A DNA stretch of 64,000 nt from Treponemataceae bacterium (GCA_963678065.2 CAXXVZ010000002.1:288001-352000); one strand, 5' to 3'. Shown: positions 30,110 through 39,881, counted from the stretch's first letter. The notes: generated by a model not told the origin, from the sequence alone. Made by a program: numbers and translations.

Positions 30110-30991
30110 CTATGTGTGATCCGAACCGAAACGCGTGCCATAGCCGAATGCGCCGTGCTCCATACAGGTTTTTGCGGCCATTGCCGCGCCGTTTTCAAGC
30201 GATTCCCTCACCAAGCGGTTATATTTCTCTGAGCCAGTTTCCAGTTCGCCAGCGAAAGCCTTTTTGCCTCTCATGAGGGAGACGAGAAATCCCGCAGCGA
30301 ATGAATCTCCCGCGCCTAGCGTATCCACCGCTTTGACCTGATACGCTTCCTGCCGGAAAATCGCATGCCCATCGAATAACAATGAGCCGCGCTGCCCCAT
30401 TGTAGCGATTATTATTCCGCAGCCCTCACGGTGCAGCCTTCTGCACGCGTCGATCACATGGTCGGCGGCAACATCGCCGCATGAAATGAATCCAAACGAC
30501 ACGTTCGGGGATACTTCTCTGCTTCGAGCGGGGTCTTTCCATGAATTGGAAAAGTCGTAAGAGACAGGAACCTTCAACGATGCAACCAGCCCCAACTGAG
30601 TGTCGAAATGGCCATTGTTGCTCGTATGCACGAGATCGAAATTCTTTATATATGCACAGTCAGCGGAAGTCAGACGGATGGGGTGATCTTTCGCGACGCC
30701 GCCTTTGTTGCTTTGTACAAATATGCGCTCACCATCGACAATATCGACCATCGCGTAGCCGTTCTCACCTTCGTAGTGCCTGCAGTGTGAGCGATCTATT
30801 TCGATAGCATCAAGCACCGAGAGTACGTGCGCCGCGATTTCATCGGTACCGAACACGCCCATATAGGCAGCCGGAACGCCCAATTGCTTTGCGAATACCG
30901 CAACATTGAGCGCCTGCCCGCCAGGATACATGTATCCCGAATTCAAGTACTTATCGCAGACGTTGTCTCCGATACCGATTACGCCAAGCAA
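30110..30991 (-). CDS. frlD: Fructosamine 6-kinase (PfkB family, FrlD-like)
   Basis: IGDNVCDKY, YPGGQALNVAV, GVFGTD, GENGYA, SYDFS, DTLGAGDSF; TTG start. Confidence 0.88.
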   Translation of the reverse strand: MLGVIGIGDNVCDKYLNSGYMYPGGQALNVAVFAKQLGVPAAYMGVFGTDEIAAHVLSVLDAIEIDRSHCRHYEGENGYAMVDIVDGERIFVQSNKGGVAKDHPIRLTSADCAYIKNFDLVHTSNNGHFDTQLGLVASLKVPVSYDFSNSWKDPARSREVSPNVSFGFISCGDVAADHVIDACRRLHREGCGIIIATMGQRGSLLFDGHAIFRQEAYQVKAVDTLGAGDSFAAGFLVSLMRGKKAFAGELETGSEKYNRLVRESLENGAAMAAKTCMEHGAFGYGTRFGSDHT

Positions 30992-31032
30992 AGTGCCCCC
31001 TGACGAATAAACGAGCCGTATTCACATTCATC

Positions 31033-31087
31033 ACAGTCGTCTTATGACTGTATAAGTTATCATAGAACGTATTATTCCAGTTGTCAA
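31033..31087 (-). promoter_or_regulatory. Sigma70 promoter of the frlD operon with candidate GntR operators
   Basis: TTGACA (31087-31082)-17 bp-TATGAT (31064-31059); inverted repeat ACAGTC-N7-GACTGT at 31033-31051 and GTTATCATAGAAC at 31056-31068 overlapping the -10. Confidence 0.8.
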
Positions 31088-31112
31088 TCTTTTTTTTGCT
31101 CAGATTGATAGG

Positions 31113-31835
31113 CTAAAACACAAACTTATACCTGTCTCCCCGTATGAATTGGAGAGAGAGATGCACCGGACGGCTGGCGTCGTCGTATACGATCCCTTTG
31201 AGCCTGAAAAGAGGGGAGTTTGGCCGAATGTTCAGTTGAGATGCGATGGCGAAAGTAGCCAGCGATAGCTCAAGAGTCTTTTTGGCGCTGGAAAGCCTGA
31301 CCCCATGCTCCTTGAGCACCTCGTAAAGAGATTTAGTCTCCAAGTCAGACTGCATGAGATACGAGAAAGGTTTATAAGAGAAATAATTATTCTCAAGAAG
31401 AAGCAGATCGCCATCCGCGTACCGAAGACGCTGGATATGAATCACGTGATCGCCTGGTTCAATGAGCAGCTCTCGGCGTTCGCTTTCGTCTGGTTCCCTG
31501 ATCTCGCGTTTTATGACCTTGCTTCCAGGCCGCATCCCATTGTATGCGCATGCGGTCGAGAAACTGACGAATTCGATTATCTTTCGCTCCAGTTTCGGTT
31601 TTTCGACAAATGTTCCTTTGCCCTGGTGCTTTTCGAGCACCCCTTCCTTAACCAGCTCGGTGATGGCTTTCCGAACGGTGATGCGGCTTATTTTGTACTT
31701 TTCACTCAACTCGCTTTCAGATGGAATACAGGTACCATACCCGTATTCACCGGATTCAACTGCTGCGGCCAAGACTTCCTTCAGCTGTTGATAGAGTGGA
31801 GTCACGATGTTTTGATCAAGAATTTGCTGAGGCAT
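31113..31835 (-). CDS. frlR: GntR/HutC-family regulator with UTRA domain (FrlR-like)
   Basis: PLYQQLKE, IPSESEL, ISRITVRKAI, QGKGTFV, RLRYADG, SLYEVL, RGDRYKF. Confidence 0.88.
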   Translation of the reverse strand: MPQQILDQNIVTPLYQQLKEVLAAAVESGEYGYGTCIPSESELSEKYKISRITVRKAITELVKEGVLEKHQGKGTFVEKPKLERKIIEFVSFSTACAYNGMRPGSKVIKREIREPDESERRELLIEPGDHVIHIQRLRYADGDLLLLENNYFSYKPFSYLMQSDLETKSLYEVLKEHGVRLSSAKKTLELSLATFAIASQLNIRPNSPLFRLKGIVYDDASRPVHLSLQFIRGDRYKFVF

Positions 31836-31855
31836 TCATATCTCCTGCCTGGAAT

Positions 31856-31897
31856 GTTATAATATGTCATAATACGATGCGATCGGCATTTTGCCAA
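31856..31897 (-). promoter_or_regulatory. Promoter of the GntR gene with operator-like boxes (probable autoregulation)
   Basis: TTGGCA (31897-31892)-17 bp-TATTAT (31874-31869); + strand GTTATAATATGTC 31856-31868 and GTCATAATACGAT 31866-31878 resemble the frlD box GTCATAAGACGAC. Confidence 0.65.
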
Positions 31898-32074
31898 GCA
31901 TAATAGTATTCCTTAATGACCACTAGATGCTGGACACGGAAGGCGCTCCGCCTGACGAATATCTGTCAAACTGCGATCGCTCGAGCCTTAAAAACGCGCT
32001 CATCGAATCGCCAGACACCCGCCACAAACCGGAAAGAAGACAAATTTTTTCTATATTTATACCGAATTTTCCAA

Positions 32075-32103
32075 TTGACTCCGTCCGGAGCGCAGAACAT
32101 ACT
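32075..32103 (+). promoter_or_regulatory. Possible sigma70 promoter for the M20 amidohydrolase
   Basis: TTGACT-17 bp-CATACT with an AT-rich upstream tract. Confidence 0.5.
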
Positions 32104-32165
32104 CAAAATGTCGCCCATTCGGGGGCGGAATTATATGATTCCAGATCCATTCCAAGGAGGAAGCA

Positions 32166-33416
32166 ATGCATTCCGGAAGAATCTTCGCGACAGTCATGAT
32201 CCTGGCATTCGTGTTGTCCTTTCCCGCGATAGCGGCGGGCAAGGCTGACATAAACGCGACAGTGGATGCCATGAGCGGGCAGATCATCGGAATCGCCGAT
32301 TACATCTACCAGAATCCCGAACTCGGGAACAAGGAATACAAAGCGGTCGAACTGCTGACGAAGACCCTGGCCGAAAACGGCTTCGCGATAGAGAAGGGTG
32401 TCGCCGGCCTGGAGACGGCATTCATCGCCACCTACAAGAACGCAGGCGGCGGTCCGGCCATTTCGTTCATGGCCGAGTATGATGCCCTCGAAGGACTCGG
32501 GCATGGCTGCGGTCACAACATCATCGCCGCATCCTGCGCCGGGGCCGCGATCGCGCTCTCGAAAAACCTCGGCGACAGGCCGGCGACAGTGATCGTTTTC
32601 GGCTGCCCGGCCGAAGAGACGACGAGCGGGAAAATCCCCATGGCCGCCGCGGGCCTCTTCAGGCGGGCGGATGTCGGCATGCAGATGCATCCCGGTTCAG
32701 GCAAGGCCGGAGTGGGCAGCATATCGCTCGCCCTCAACCTGATCGACTTCAACTACGAGGGCAAAGCCAGCCACGCCGCGGCCAGCCCCGAACTCGGGCG
32801 CAGCGCTCTCGACGGCGTCATGATGCTCTTCCAGGGCATCGAATTCCTGCGGGAGCACGTCCGCCAGGACATCCGCATGCACGGCATCGTCACCAACGGC
32901 GGGCAGGCGGCCAATATCGTTCCGGAAAAGGCGGCGGCGCGGTTCTACATCCGTGGATTGCAGCGCCCTTACCTGAACAGCGTGGTCGAGAGGGTATACG
33001 CAGTGGCCAACGGAGCGGCGATGGCCACGGGAACGACTGTCACCATCAAGGAAGTCAAGCAGTACGACAACGTGGTGAATGTCCCTTCGTTCATGAAGCT
33101 GATCCAGGATGACGGCAAGGAAGCCGGGGTCGACGAGATACCGACGCCTCCCCCCGTCACCACGGCGGCGGGATCCACGGATTTCGGAACGGCCTCCTCG
33201 CAGATCCCCTGCGTCATGTTCTCCCTCCCCACAGCGCCCGAAGGCGTCTCCGGACATTCGCGCGACTACGTCACCGCGAACGGGACCCCGATGGCGCACG
33301 ACGCGGCCATTCAGGCGGCCAGAATAATGGCCCTGGCCGGCTACGACATCATCGAGAATCCCGCCCTGCTGCAGAAGATCAAGGACGACTGGAAGATCGC
33401 GGTTTCCGGCAAATAA
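32166..33416 (+). CDS. M20D/AbgB-like amidohydrolase with predicted signal peptide
   Basis: NPELGNKE, AEYDAL, GHGCGHN, GCPAEE, GKASHAAASPELGRSALD, GGQAANIVP, GSTDFG; AAGGAGG RBS. Confidence 0.9.
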   Translation: MHSGRIFATVMILAFVLSFPAIAAGKADINATVDAMSGQIIGIADYIYQNPELGNKEYKAVELLTKTLAENGFAIEKGVAGLETAFIATYKNAGGGPAISFMAEYDALEGLGHGCGHNIIAASCAGAAIALSKNLGDRPATVIVFGCPAEETTSGKIPMAAAGLFRRADVGMQMHPGSGKAGVGSISLALNLIDFNYEGKASHAAASPELGRSALDGVMMLFQGIEFLREHVRQDIRMHGIVTNGGQAANIVPEKAAARFYIRGLQRPYLNSVVERVYAVANGAAMATGTTVTIKEVKQYDNVVNVPSFMKLIQDDGKEAGVDEIPTPPPVTTAAGSTDFGTASSQIPCVMFSLPTAPEGVSGHSRDYVTANGTPMAHDAAIQAARIMALAGYDIIENPALLQKIKDDWKIAVSGK

Positions 33417-33474
33417 GTGCTAAAAAGAGCTCCGGGAGACTCCGGAGAGGCACATGAACGACCCCGAAATCCGG

Positions 33475-33506
33475 CGGCCGGCCCCTTAACAGGGACCGGC
33501 CGTTTT
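33475..33506 (+). terminator. Intrinsic terminator between convergent genes
   Basis: CGGCCGGCCCC-ttaaca-GGGACCGGCCG followed by TTTT (imperfect stem). Confidence 0.65.
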
Positions 33507-33559
33507 CATGTCGCCCGCCGTCCTCGTGCGGCCGGAATCCGTCAAATACGCCTGCCTCG

Positions 33560-34051
33560 TCATGTCCGCCAGTACTCGCTCCCGTCGGGTTTGCGGTCGA
33601 GGAAGCGGTACTCGATCAAATACCGCCTGATGGTCACGTAGTCGTCCCACACAGGCAACAGGATCGCGTTGACTTCTTTTTCCTTGTATCGGCGCACCGG
33701 CTCGAAGAGTTCCGCGATTCGACGCAGAAGGACGAGTTTCTCTTTCTGGCGCTTCGGCCAGGAGTGCATGACGAATCCGGACTGTGCGCTCCCGGCGCTG
33801 GCCGGATATTCGATGAACTGCCCTGCGCCAGCTCCTTTTTCGTCGAGAAGCTTCATGAGGGCGAGGAAGACGCGCGCCTCGGACTCCCGCCTGCGCAGCT
33901 GGAAGCGGTGGTTGCGCACGGTGGAGGCGGACTTGCCGCCGAGGGCCGATGCGATCTCGGCATCGCTCTTCCCTTCGTAGAGCAAGGAAAGAACCCTATC
34001 GTAGTCAAACAAGCAGGCACGGCGTCCGGCCCCGGAGGAAAGACGCAACAT
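33560..34051 (-). pseudogene. DUF2087-domain protein with HTH; appears truncated, start uncertain
   Basis: YEGKSDAEIA...STVRNHRFQLR and YKEKEVNAIL...DDYVTIRRYLIEYRFLDR; no convincing start or RBS, and shorter than the homologues I recall. Confidence 0.55.
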
Positions 34052-34105
34052 CCGAATACTAAAGTATATTTATTCAATTTTCCGTATATACTTCACATCT
34101 CCACA

Positions 34106-34133
34106 TTGACAGCGGGCCTCCGGATGCTACAAT
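34106..34133 (+). promoter_or_regulatory. Sigma70 promoter of the dpp operon
   Basis: TTGACA-16 bp-TACAAT with an extended -10 (TGn). Confidence 0.7.
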
Positions 34134-34172
34134 CATTCTACGTCTGAAACCACCTTATCAAGGAGAGGACCG

Positions 34173-35759
34173 ATGAGAATGCTTAAACTGTGTCTATCCA
34201 TTCTCTTTCTGACCGTAGTTGCCGCAGCAGGGTTCTGCGCCGGAGCGAACTACCTCACCGTCTCGATGACGACCGACCCAGCAACGGCCGACGTCCAGAA
34301 AACCACCGACGCGTACGGGATACCCCTCAACATCTACGACCGCCTCGTCGAAGCCGATACGGTCAGGCCTGGCGAATCCAGAATCTCACCCGGACTCGCG
34401 GAAAAATGGGATGTCTCCGCGAACGGACTCGTCTACACCTTCACGCTCCGCAAGGGCGTCAAGTTCCACAACGGCGAAACGCTCAAGGCTGACGACGTAC
34501 TCTTCACCTTCGACCGCATGCTCGACCCTGCCACCAAGGCACTCAACACCGACTTCCTCGATATGATCGCCGGCGCCGACGACAGAATGTCCGGCAAAGC
34601 GTCCAAGGTGTCGGGACTCAAGGTTATCGACGACTACACCATCCAGATCACCCTCGCGAAGCCCTTCGCGCCCTTCATCGCGAATCTCGCGACCCCGGCG
34701 GGCTCCATCTACAACCGCAAGGCGACCGTCGCCGCGGGAGACCAGTTCGGCCTCGATCCCGCCAAGACCGTCGGAACCGGACCTTACCGCCTGGATTCCT
34801 GGATTGTGAACGACAGCTGCACCCTCGTCGCCTTCCCCGGCTACTGGGAGGGCAAGCCCTCTCTCGAAGGCATCCAGATGCTCGTCGTTCCCGATGCGAA
34901 CACCGAGCGCATGATGTTCGAAACCGGCAAGCTCGACGTCCTCGACCTCGACAACGCCCGCTCCCAGGTTCCCTACTTCATGGGAAGCGACAAGTGGAAG
35001 AACCAGATCGTGAGCGGTCCCCGCGTCGGAATCTACTATTATGCCATCAACGAGAACATCAAACCCTTCGACGACCTCCGCGTGCGCAAGGCGCTCCAGA
35101 TGGCCATAGACAGAAAGACCCTCCTCGACAAGCTCTTCAACGGCAGGGGCAGCCTCGAGAACGGCATATTCCCGAAGGGCCTCCTCGCCAACAATCCAGC
35201 CCTCCCCGCCATCTCCTACGATCCCAAGCAGGCCAAGGATCTCCTCGCCAAGGCCGGCTACGCGAACGGCTTCGACATGGAGATCGCGCAGATCACCGAC
35301 AGCCCGTCCACCCTCAAGATCAATGAAGCCGTCCAGGCCATGCTCGGGCAGGTCGGCATCCGCGTGAAGATCACCCAGATGGACTCCGCCACCTACTACG
35401 CGACCCGCAAACAGGGCAAGCTCCCGGCCTACGAGTCCGACTGGTCAGCCGACTTCAACGATCCGGACAACTTCATCTACACCTTCTTCTCCGAGAAGAA
35501 CACGGCCGCCAGGTCCTACAACTACAAAAACACCGCCGTATTCGACAAGCTCGAGGAAGCGCGCGTCATGGTCGACCAGCCCAAGCGCATGAAGGTCTAC
35601 CAGGATCTCGAGAAGATCGTCGTCCAGGACGATGCGGCCTGGATTCCCCTCTTCTCCCTCGAACACCTCTTCGTAGTCCAGCCCAAGGTCAAGAACTTCA
35701 AGGTCTCCTGGAACGGTTGGAGCAACATGCCCTACAACGGCGTGGTCATCTCCAAGTAA
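34173..35759 (+). CDS. Dipeptide/oligopeptide ABC substrate-binding protein
   Basis: Signal peptide, PGLAEKWDVS, LRKGVKFHNGE, VGTGPYRL, AKDLLAKAGY, WSADFNDPDNF. Confidence 0.94.
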   Translation: MRMLKLCLSILFLTVVAAAGFCAGANYLTVSMTTDPATADVQKTTDAYGIPLNIYDRLVEADTVRPGESRISPGLAEKWDVSANGLVYTFTLRKGVKFHNGETLKADDVLFTFDRMLDPATKALNTDFLDMIAGADDRMSGKASKVSGLKVIDDYTIQITLAKPFAPFIANLATPAGSIYNRKATVAAGDQFGLDPAKTVGTGPYRLDSWIVNDSCTLVAFPGYWEGKPSLEGIQMLVVPDANTERMMFETGKLDVLDLDNARSQVPYFMGSDKWKNQIVSGPRVGIYYYAINENIKPFDDLRVRKALQMAIDRKTLLDKLFNGRGSLENGIFPKGLLANNPALPAISYDPKQAKDLLAKAGYANGFDMEIAQITDSPSTLKINEAVQAMLGQVGIRVKITQMDSATYYATRKQGKLPAYESDWSADFNDPDNFIYTFFSEKNTAARSYNYKNTAVFDKLEEARVMVDQPKRMKVYQDLEKIVVQDDAAWIPLFSLEHLFVVQPKVKNFKVSWNGWSNMPYNGVVISK

Positions 35760-35809
35760 ACCGGCCCGTCCGCTGCCGCCCGGGCACCAGCACCCGGGAG
35801 GATTTGCCT

Positions 35810-35846
35810 CCGCGAATCCACGCCTTCCAAGGTTGTGGATTCGCGG
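35810..35846. other. Long hairpin downstream of the dpp SBP gene
   Basis: CCGCGAATCCAC...GTGGATTCGCGG 12-bp stem with an inner CCTT/AAGG stem. Confidence 0.7.
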
Positions 35847-35882
35847 GTTTGCCGGCATGCGGACAGGACCGGGAGGTCATCC

Positions 35883-36820
35883 ATGAGACGCTACATCCTC
35901 AAAAAACTGATCCTCGCCATTCCGGTCATGTTCGGCATGGTCTTCATCACCTTCTTCCTGCTCAATGTCGTCCCGGGCGACCCTGTCGCCCTCATGATGA
36001 AAGAGCACATCAGCCCCGATGTCGTGGCGCGGGTCCGGGCGCAGATGCATCTCGACGATCCCGCGATCGTGAGGTTCTTCCGTTTCCTGTGGAACGCACT
36101 CCACGGCGATTTCGGCATCTCCTACAAGCTGAACAGACCTGTCGCCTCTCTCCTCCTCGCGGCCTTCCCGAACACCCTCGCGCTGGCGGTCGCGGCGGCC
36201 CTCGTCTCCTGGCTGATCGGCATCCCCGCGGGAATCCTTTCCGCCGTCAGGCGCTACTCCTTTGCCGACAATTTCTTCATGGGCTTCTCCGTCATGGGCG
36301 TCTCGATGCCGGTGTTCTGGACGGGGCTGCTCTTCCAGTACATCTTCGCGCTCAAGCTCGGCATCCTGCCCGTCGCGGGTTTCAGGGGCCCCGAGTACCT
36401 CGTCATGCCGGCCATCGTCCTCGGGTGGAGTTCGGCGGGCACCATCGCGCGGCTCACCCGGTCGAGTCTCCTCGAAGTCATGCGCAACGACTACATCCGT
36501 ACGGCGCGGGCAAAAGGCTTGCGTGAAATCAAGGTCATCCTCGATCACGCGCTCAAGAACTCCCTCCTCCCCGTCGTGACCGTCATGGCCCTCCAGGTGG
36601 CGGGTCTCCTGTCGGGGGCCGTCATCACCGAGAGCGTCTTCGGCATTCCGGCATCGGCCGGGTGGCCGTGAACGCCATCCAGAGCCGCGACATGCCCCTT
36701 CTCCAGGGCTCCGTCGTGCTCACGACATTCCTCGTGATCGCGGGGAACATCATCGCCGACATCATGTACTCCTACCTCGATCCGCGGATCAAATACAACA
36801 AACCGGGGGCCGCCCGATGA
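35883..36820 (+). pseudogene. DppB-like permease with a single-base frameshift at ~36650 (true lesion or sequencing error)
   Basis: Frame reads ...ITESVFGIP then shifts; another frame continues GIGRVAVNAIQSRDMPLLQGSVV...YSYLDPRIKY to TGA 36818-36820, overlapping the next ATG. Confidence 0.88.
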
Positions 36821-37746
36821 ACCGCAAAAAACCATCCAGTCTGGCGACTGGCGCCGGCGCGGCGCGGAAGACAAGCCCGGAAGACGAAACTCTCCTCGCC
36901 CCCGTTCCATCGTTCTGGAAGGATATTGTGCGCTCCTTCGCGAACAACAAGGCAGCGATCACGGGAGGGGCCGTGGTCCTGGCCATCCTCCTCGTCGCCG
37001 TCTTTGCTCCCCTCCTGTCTCCCCACGACCCCTACAAGGTCGACCTCGGCAGTCAGTTTCTGAAACCGGACGGCAGCTACCTTGTCGGCACAGACATGTT
37101 CGGCCGGGACGTGTTCTCCCGCATCCTGTACGGCACAAGGATTTCGCTGCTCGCCGGCATCGTGCCGACCCTCATCTCCATGACCATCGGCATCGCGATC
37201 GGCATCGCCTCGGGCTACTACGGCGGCAAGGTCGACTTCGCCCTCATGATGCTCGCCGACATGGTCCTGGCCTTCCCCTCTCTCCTCCTCGCGATGATCG
37301 TCATGTACACCCTCGGAGCGACGCTGCTCAACATATTCATCGCGCTGAGCCTGGTCGGCTGGGCCGGCACGGCGCGGGTCGTCCGCTCGCAGACGCTCGC
37401 GCTCAAGAACAAGGAATTCGTCGAAGCATCCCGGGCGATCGGAACCTCGAACTTCACCATCATGGCGCGGCACATCTTCCCCAACTGCGTTCCTCAGCTC
37501 CTCGTCCTCTTTACCCTGAACATCCCGGGCGCCATCCTCGCCGAGGCCAGCCTCAGCTTCCTCGGGATCGGAGCCCAGCCGCCGGCCGCGAGCTGGGGCC
37601 TCATGGTCTCGAACGGACGGGAATACCTGTTCAACGCCCCCTGGGTGGCCATCGCTCCGGGCATCGCCATCCTGGTGACCGTTCTGGCCTTCAACTTCCT
37701 CGGCGACGGGCTGCGCGACGCCCTCGACCCCTACCTCAAATCCTGA
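36817..37746 (+). CDS. DppC-like permease
   Basis: GTDMFGRDVFSRILYG, EASLSFLGIGAQPP, FNFLGDGLRDALDP. Confidence 0.94.
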   Translation: MNRKKPSSLATGAGAARKTSPEDETLLAPVPSFWKDIVRSFANNKAAITGGAVVLAILLVAVFAPLLSPHDPYKVDLGSQFLKPDGSYLVGTDMFGRDVFSRILYGTRISLLAGIVPTLISMTIGIAIGIASGYYGGKVDFALMMLADMVLAFPSLLLAMIVMYTLGATLLNIFIALSLVGWAGTARVVRSQTLALKNKEFVEASRAIGTSNFTIMARHIFPNCVPQLLVLFTLNIPGAILAEASLSFLGIGAQPPAASWGLMVSNGREYLFNAPWVAIAPGIAILVTVLAFNFLGDGLRDALDPYLKS

Positions 37747-37758
37747 CAAGGCGGAGTC

Positions 37759-38823
37759 ATGATGGAAAATGAAGCGCGCCCTCTCCTGGAAATCCGCGGC
37801 CTCACGACGCGGTTCCGTACCCGGGACGGCATCGTGAACGCCGTGAGTGATGTGAGCATCACGGTGAAAAAAGGCGAAATCGTCGGCATCGTCGGAGAAT
37901 CCGGCTGCGGGAAGAGTGTCACCTCGCTCTCGGTCCTCCGCCTCGTGGCCGCGCCGGGCGAGATCGCCGGCGGCTCGATCCTCCTCGACGGAGAGGATCT
38001 GCTCGCGAAGACAGACAGGCAGATGCTCAAGGTCAGGGGCAAGGACATCTCGATGATCTTCCAGGAGCCGATGACCTCCCTCAATCCCGTCTACACGGTG
38101 GGAAGGCAGGTGGCCGAGGCTCTTCTCGTCCACAATCCCGGACTCGACCGCCGTCAGGCGAGCCGTCAGGCAAAGCGGCAGGCGAAAGAGGCGGCGATCA
38201 GAATATTCGGACTCGTCGGTATCCCCGAACCGGAATCACGCTTCGACGCGTATCCGCACCAGCTCTCGGGCGGGCTCAGGCAGCGCATAATGATCGCGAT
38301 GGCGCTGATTTGCAAACCCAAGCTCGTCATCGCCGACGAGCCGACGACGGCCCTGGATGTCACGATCGAGGCCCAGATTCTCCGGCTCATGCAGTCGCTC
38401 CGGAAGGAGATAGGAGTCTCGATCATGCTGATATCGCACAACCTCGGCGTGATCGCGGAAGTCTGCGACCGCGTGTACGTGATGTACGCGGGCAGGATCA
38501 TGGAGGAGGCCGACGTGTTCGAGCTTTTCGGGCGCACGCTCCACCCCTACACAGCCGGCCTGCTCGCGTCGATACCGCGGAAAAACGGGGACAGGGAGCC
38601 GGGTGGGCGGCTTCACAGCATTCCTGGCAACGTTCCCGACATGACGCGGCTGCCCTCGGGATGCAGGTTCAGCCCCCGCTGCGAGGAGGCCATGGACATC
38701 TGCCGGCGAAAGGAGCCGCGGCTCGAAGAGCCGATGCTCGGGGAGCCAAAGCCCGCCGGCGCGGGAGCCTGTCACCGCGTGCGCTGCTGGAAATACGCGC
38801 GGCCTGAAAGGAGCGGATCATGA
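37759..38823 (+). CDS. DppD-like ABC ATPase
   Basis: [37 protein letters not shown]. Confidence 0.94.
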   Translation: MMENEARPLLEIRGLTTRFRTRDGIVNAVSDVSITVKKGEIVGIVGESGCGKSVTSLSVLRLVAAPGEIAGGSILLDGEDLLAKTDRQMLKVRGKDISMIFQEPMTSLNPVYTVGRQVAEALLVHNPGLDRRQASRQAKRQAKEAAIRIFGLVGIPEPESRFDAYPHQLSGGLRQRIMIAMALICKPKLVIADEPTTALDVTIEAQILRLMQSLRKEIGVSIMLISHNLGVIAEVCDRVYVMYAGRIMEEADVFELFGRTLHPYTAGLLASIPRKNGDREPGGRLHSIPGNVPDMTRLPSGCRFSPRCEEAMDICRRKEPRLEEPMLGEPKPAGAGACHRVRCWKYARPERSGS

Positions 38824-39800
38824 GCGGCTTTCTGGTCGAGGCCGATGGGCTCGTGAAGCATTTCCCTGTGGAGAAAGGGGTCTTTTCCGCGAAGGGCGCC
38901 GTCGTCCACGCGGTCGACGGTGTCAGCCTGAAAATACGCGAGCGGGAGACACTCGCCTGCGTGGGCGAGTCCGGCTGCGGCAAGAGCACGCTCGGTCGCC
39001 TTCTCATCAGGCTGATCGATCCCACCGCCGGAACCGTCCGTTTCGGCGGAGAGGACATCATGGGCCTCAAGGGAGGCGAACTGCGGAAGAAGAAGCGCGA
39101 CATGCAGATCATCTTCCAGGACCCTTACGCCTCGCTCGACCCGCGCATGAAGGTTCTCGACATCGTCGGGGAGCCGCTCTCGACCCACAAGATCGCGAGA
39201 GGGAAGGAGCTGGAAGAGCGAGTCGGGGAACTCCTCGAGATGGTGGGGCTCGGGAAACCCTTCATGTCGAGGTACCCGCACATGTTTTCCGGAGGCCAGC
39301 GGCAGAGGATAGGGATAGCGCGGGCCCTCGCGCTCAATCCTAAATTCATCGTCTGCGACGAGCCTGTCTCGGCCCTCGACGTGTCCATCCAGTCCCAGGT
39401 CATCAATCTTCTCCTCGACCTGCGCGAAAAAAAGAACCTGACATACTTCTTCATTTCTCACGACCTGAACGTGGTCAGGCACCTCTCGGACACGGTCTGT
39501 GTGATGTTCCTCGGCAAGGTCATGGAGTACGGGCCGACGCGCGAGGTCTACAGCCGGCCCCTGCACCCCTACTCGCTCTTTCTCATCTCGGCGGCCCCGG
39601 TTCCCGACCCGAACGCGCGCTACGCGGAGAAGCTCATTCTGCAGGGAGAGATACCGAGCCCGGTCAATCCGCCCCGGGGATGCAGATTCCACACGCGATG
39701 TCCCTACGCCCGCGACATCTGCAAAGACGAAGAGCCGGTCCCGACAGGAAGCGCGGAGCGGTACGTCGCCTGCCATTTCCCCCTCGACGCGAGGATCTGA
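38820..39800 (+). CDS. DppF-like ABC ATPase
   Basis: [34 protein letters not shown]. Confidence 0.94.
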   Translation: MSGFLVEADGLVKHFPVEKGVFSAKGAVVHAVDGVSLKIRERETLACVGESGCGKSTLGRLLIRLIDPTAGTVRFGGEDIMGLKGGELRKKKRDMQIIFQDPYASLDPRMKVLDIVGEPLSTHKIARGKELEERVGELLEMVGLGKPFMSRYPHMFSGGQRQRIGIARALALNPKFIVCDEPVSALDVSIQSQVINLLLDLREKKNLTYFFISHDLNVVRHLSDTVCVMFLGKVMEYGPTREVYSRPLHPYSLFLISAAPVPDPNARYAEKLILQGEIPSPVNPPRGCRFHTRCPYARDICKDEEPVPTGSAERYVACHFPLDARI

Positions 39801-39881
39801 AAAGGCGTAGATTGCTCCCGGGGGCAGGCGCGCGCCCTTCAGACCGCGCGATTCGACTAGATCCGGCACGGAGGAAGAACC

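Noticed and set aside
19135..31970. Inverted repeat TTTGACAAAT / ATCTGTCAAA and CTAGA near both island edges as mobile-element ends
   Set aside because: Too short and imperfect, no transposase or integrase, and TTTGACAAAT also occurs at ~56532.
36640..36671. Programmed ribosomal frameshift in the permease
   Set aside because: No slippery sequence or clear stimulatory structure; a simple indel explains it.
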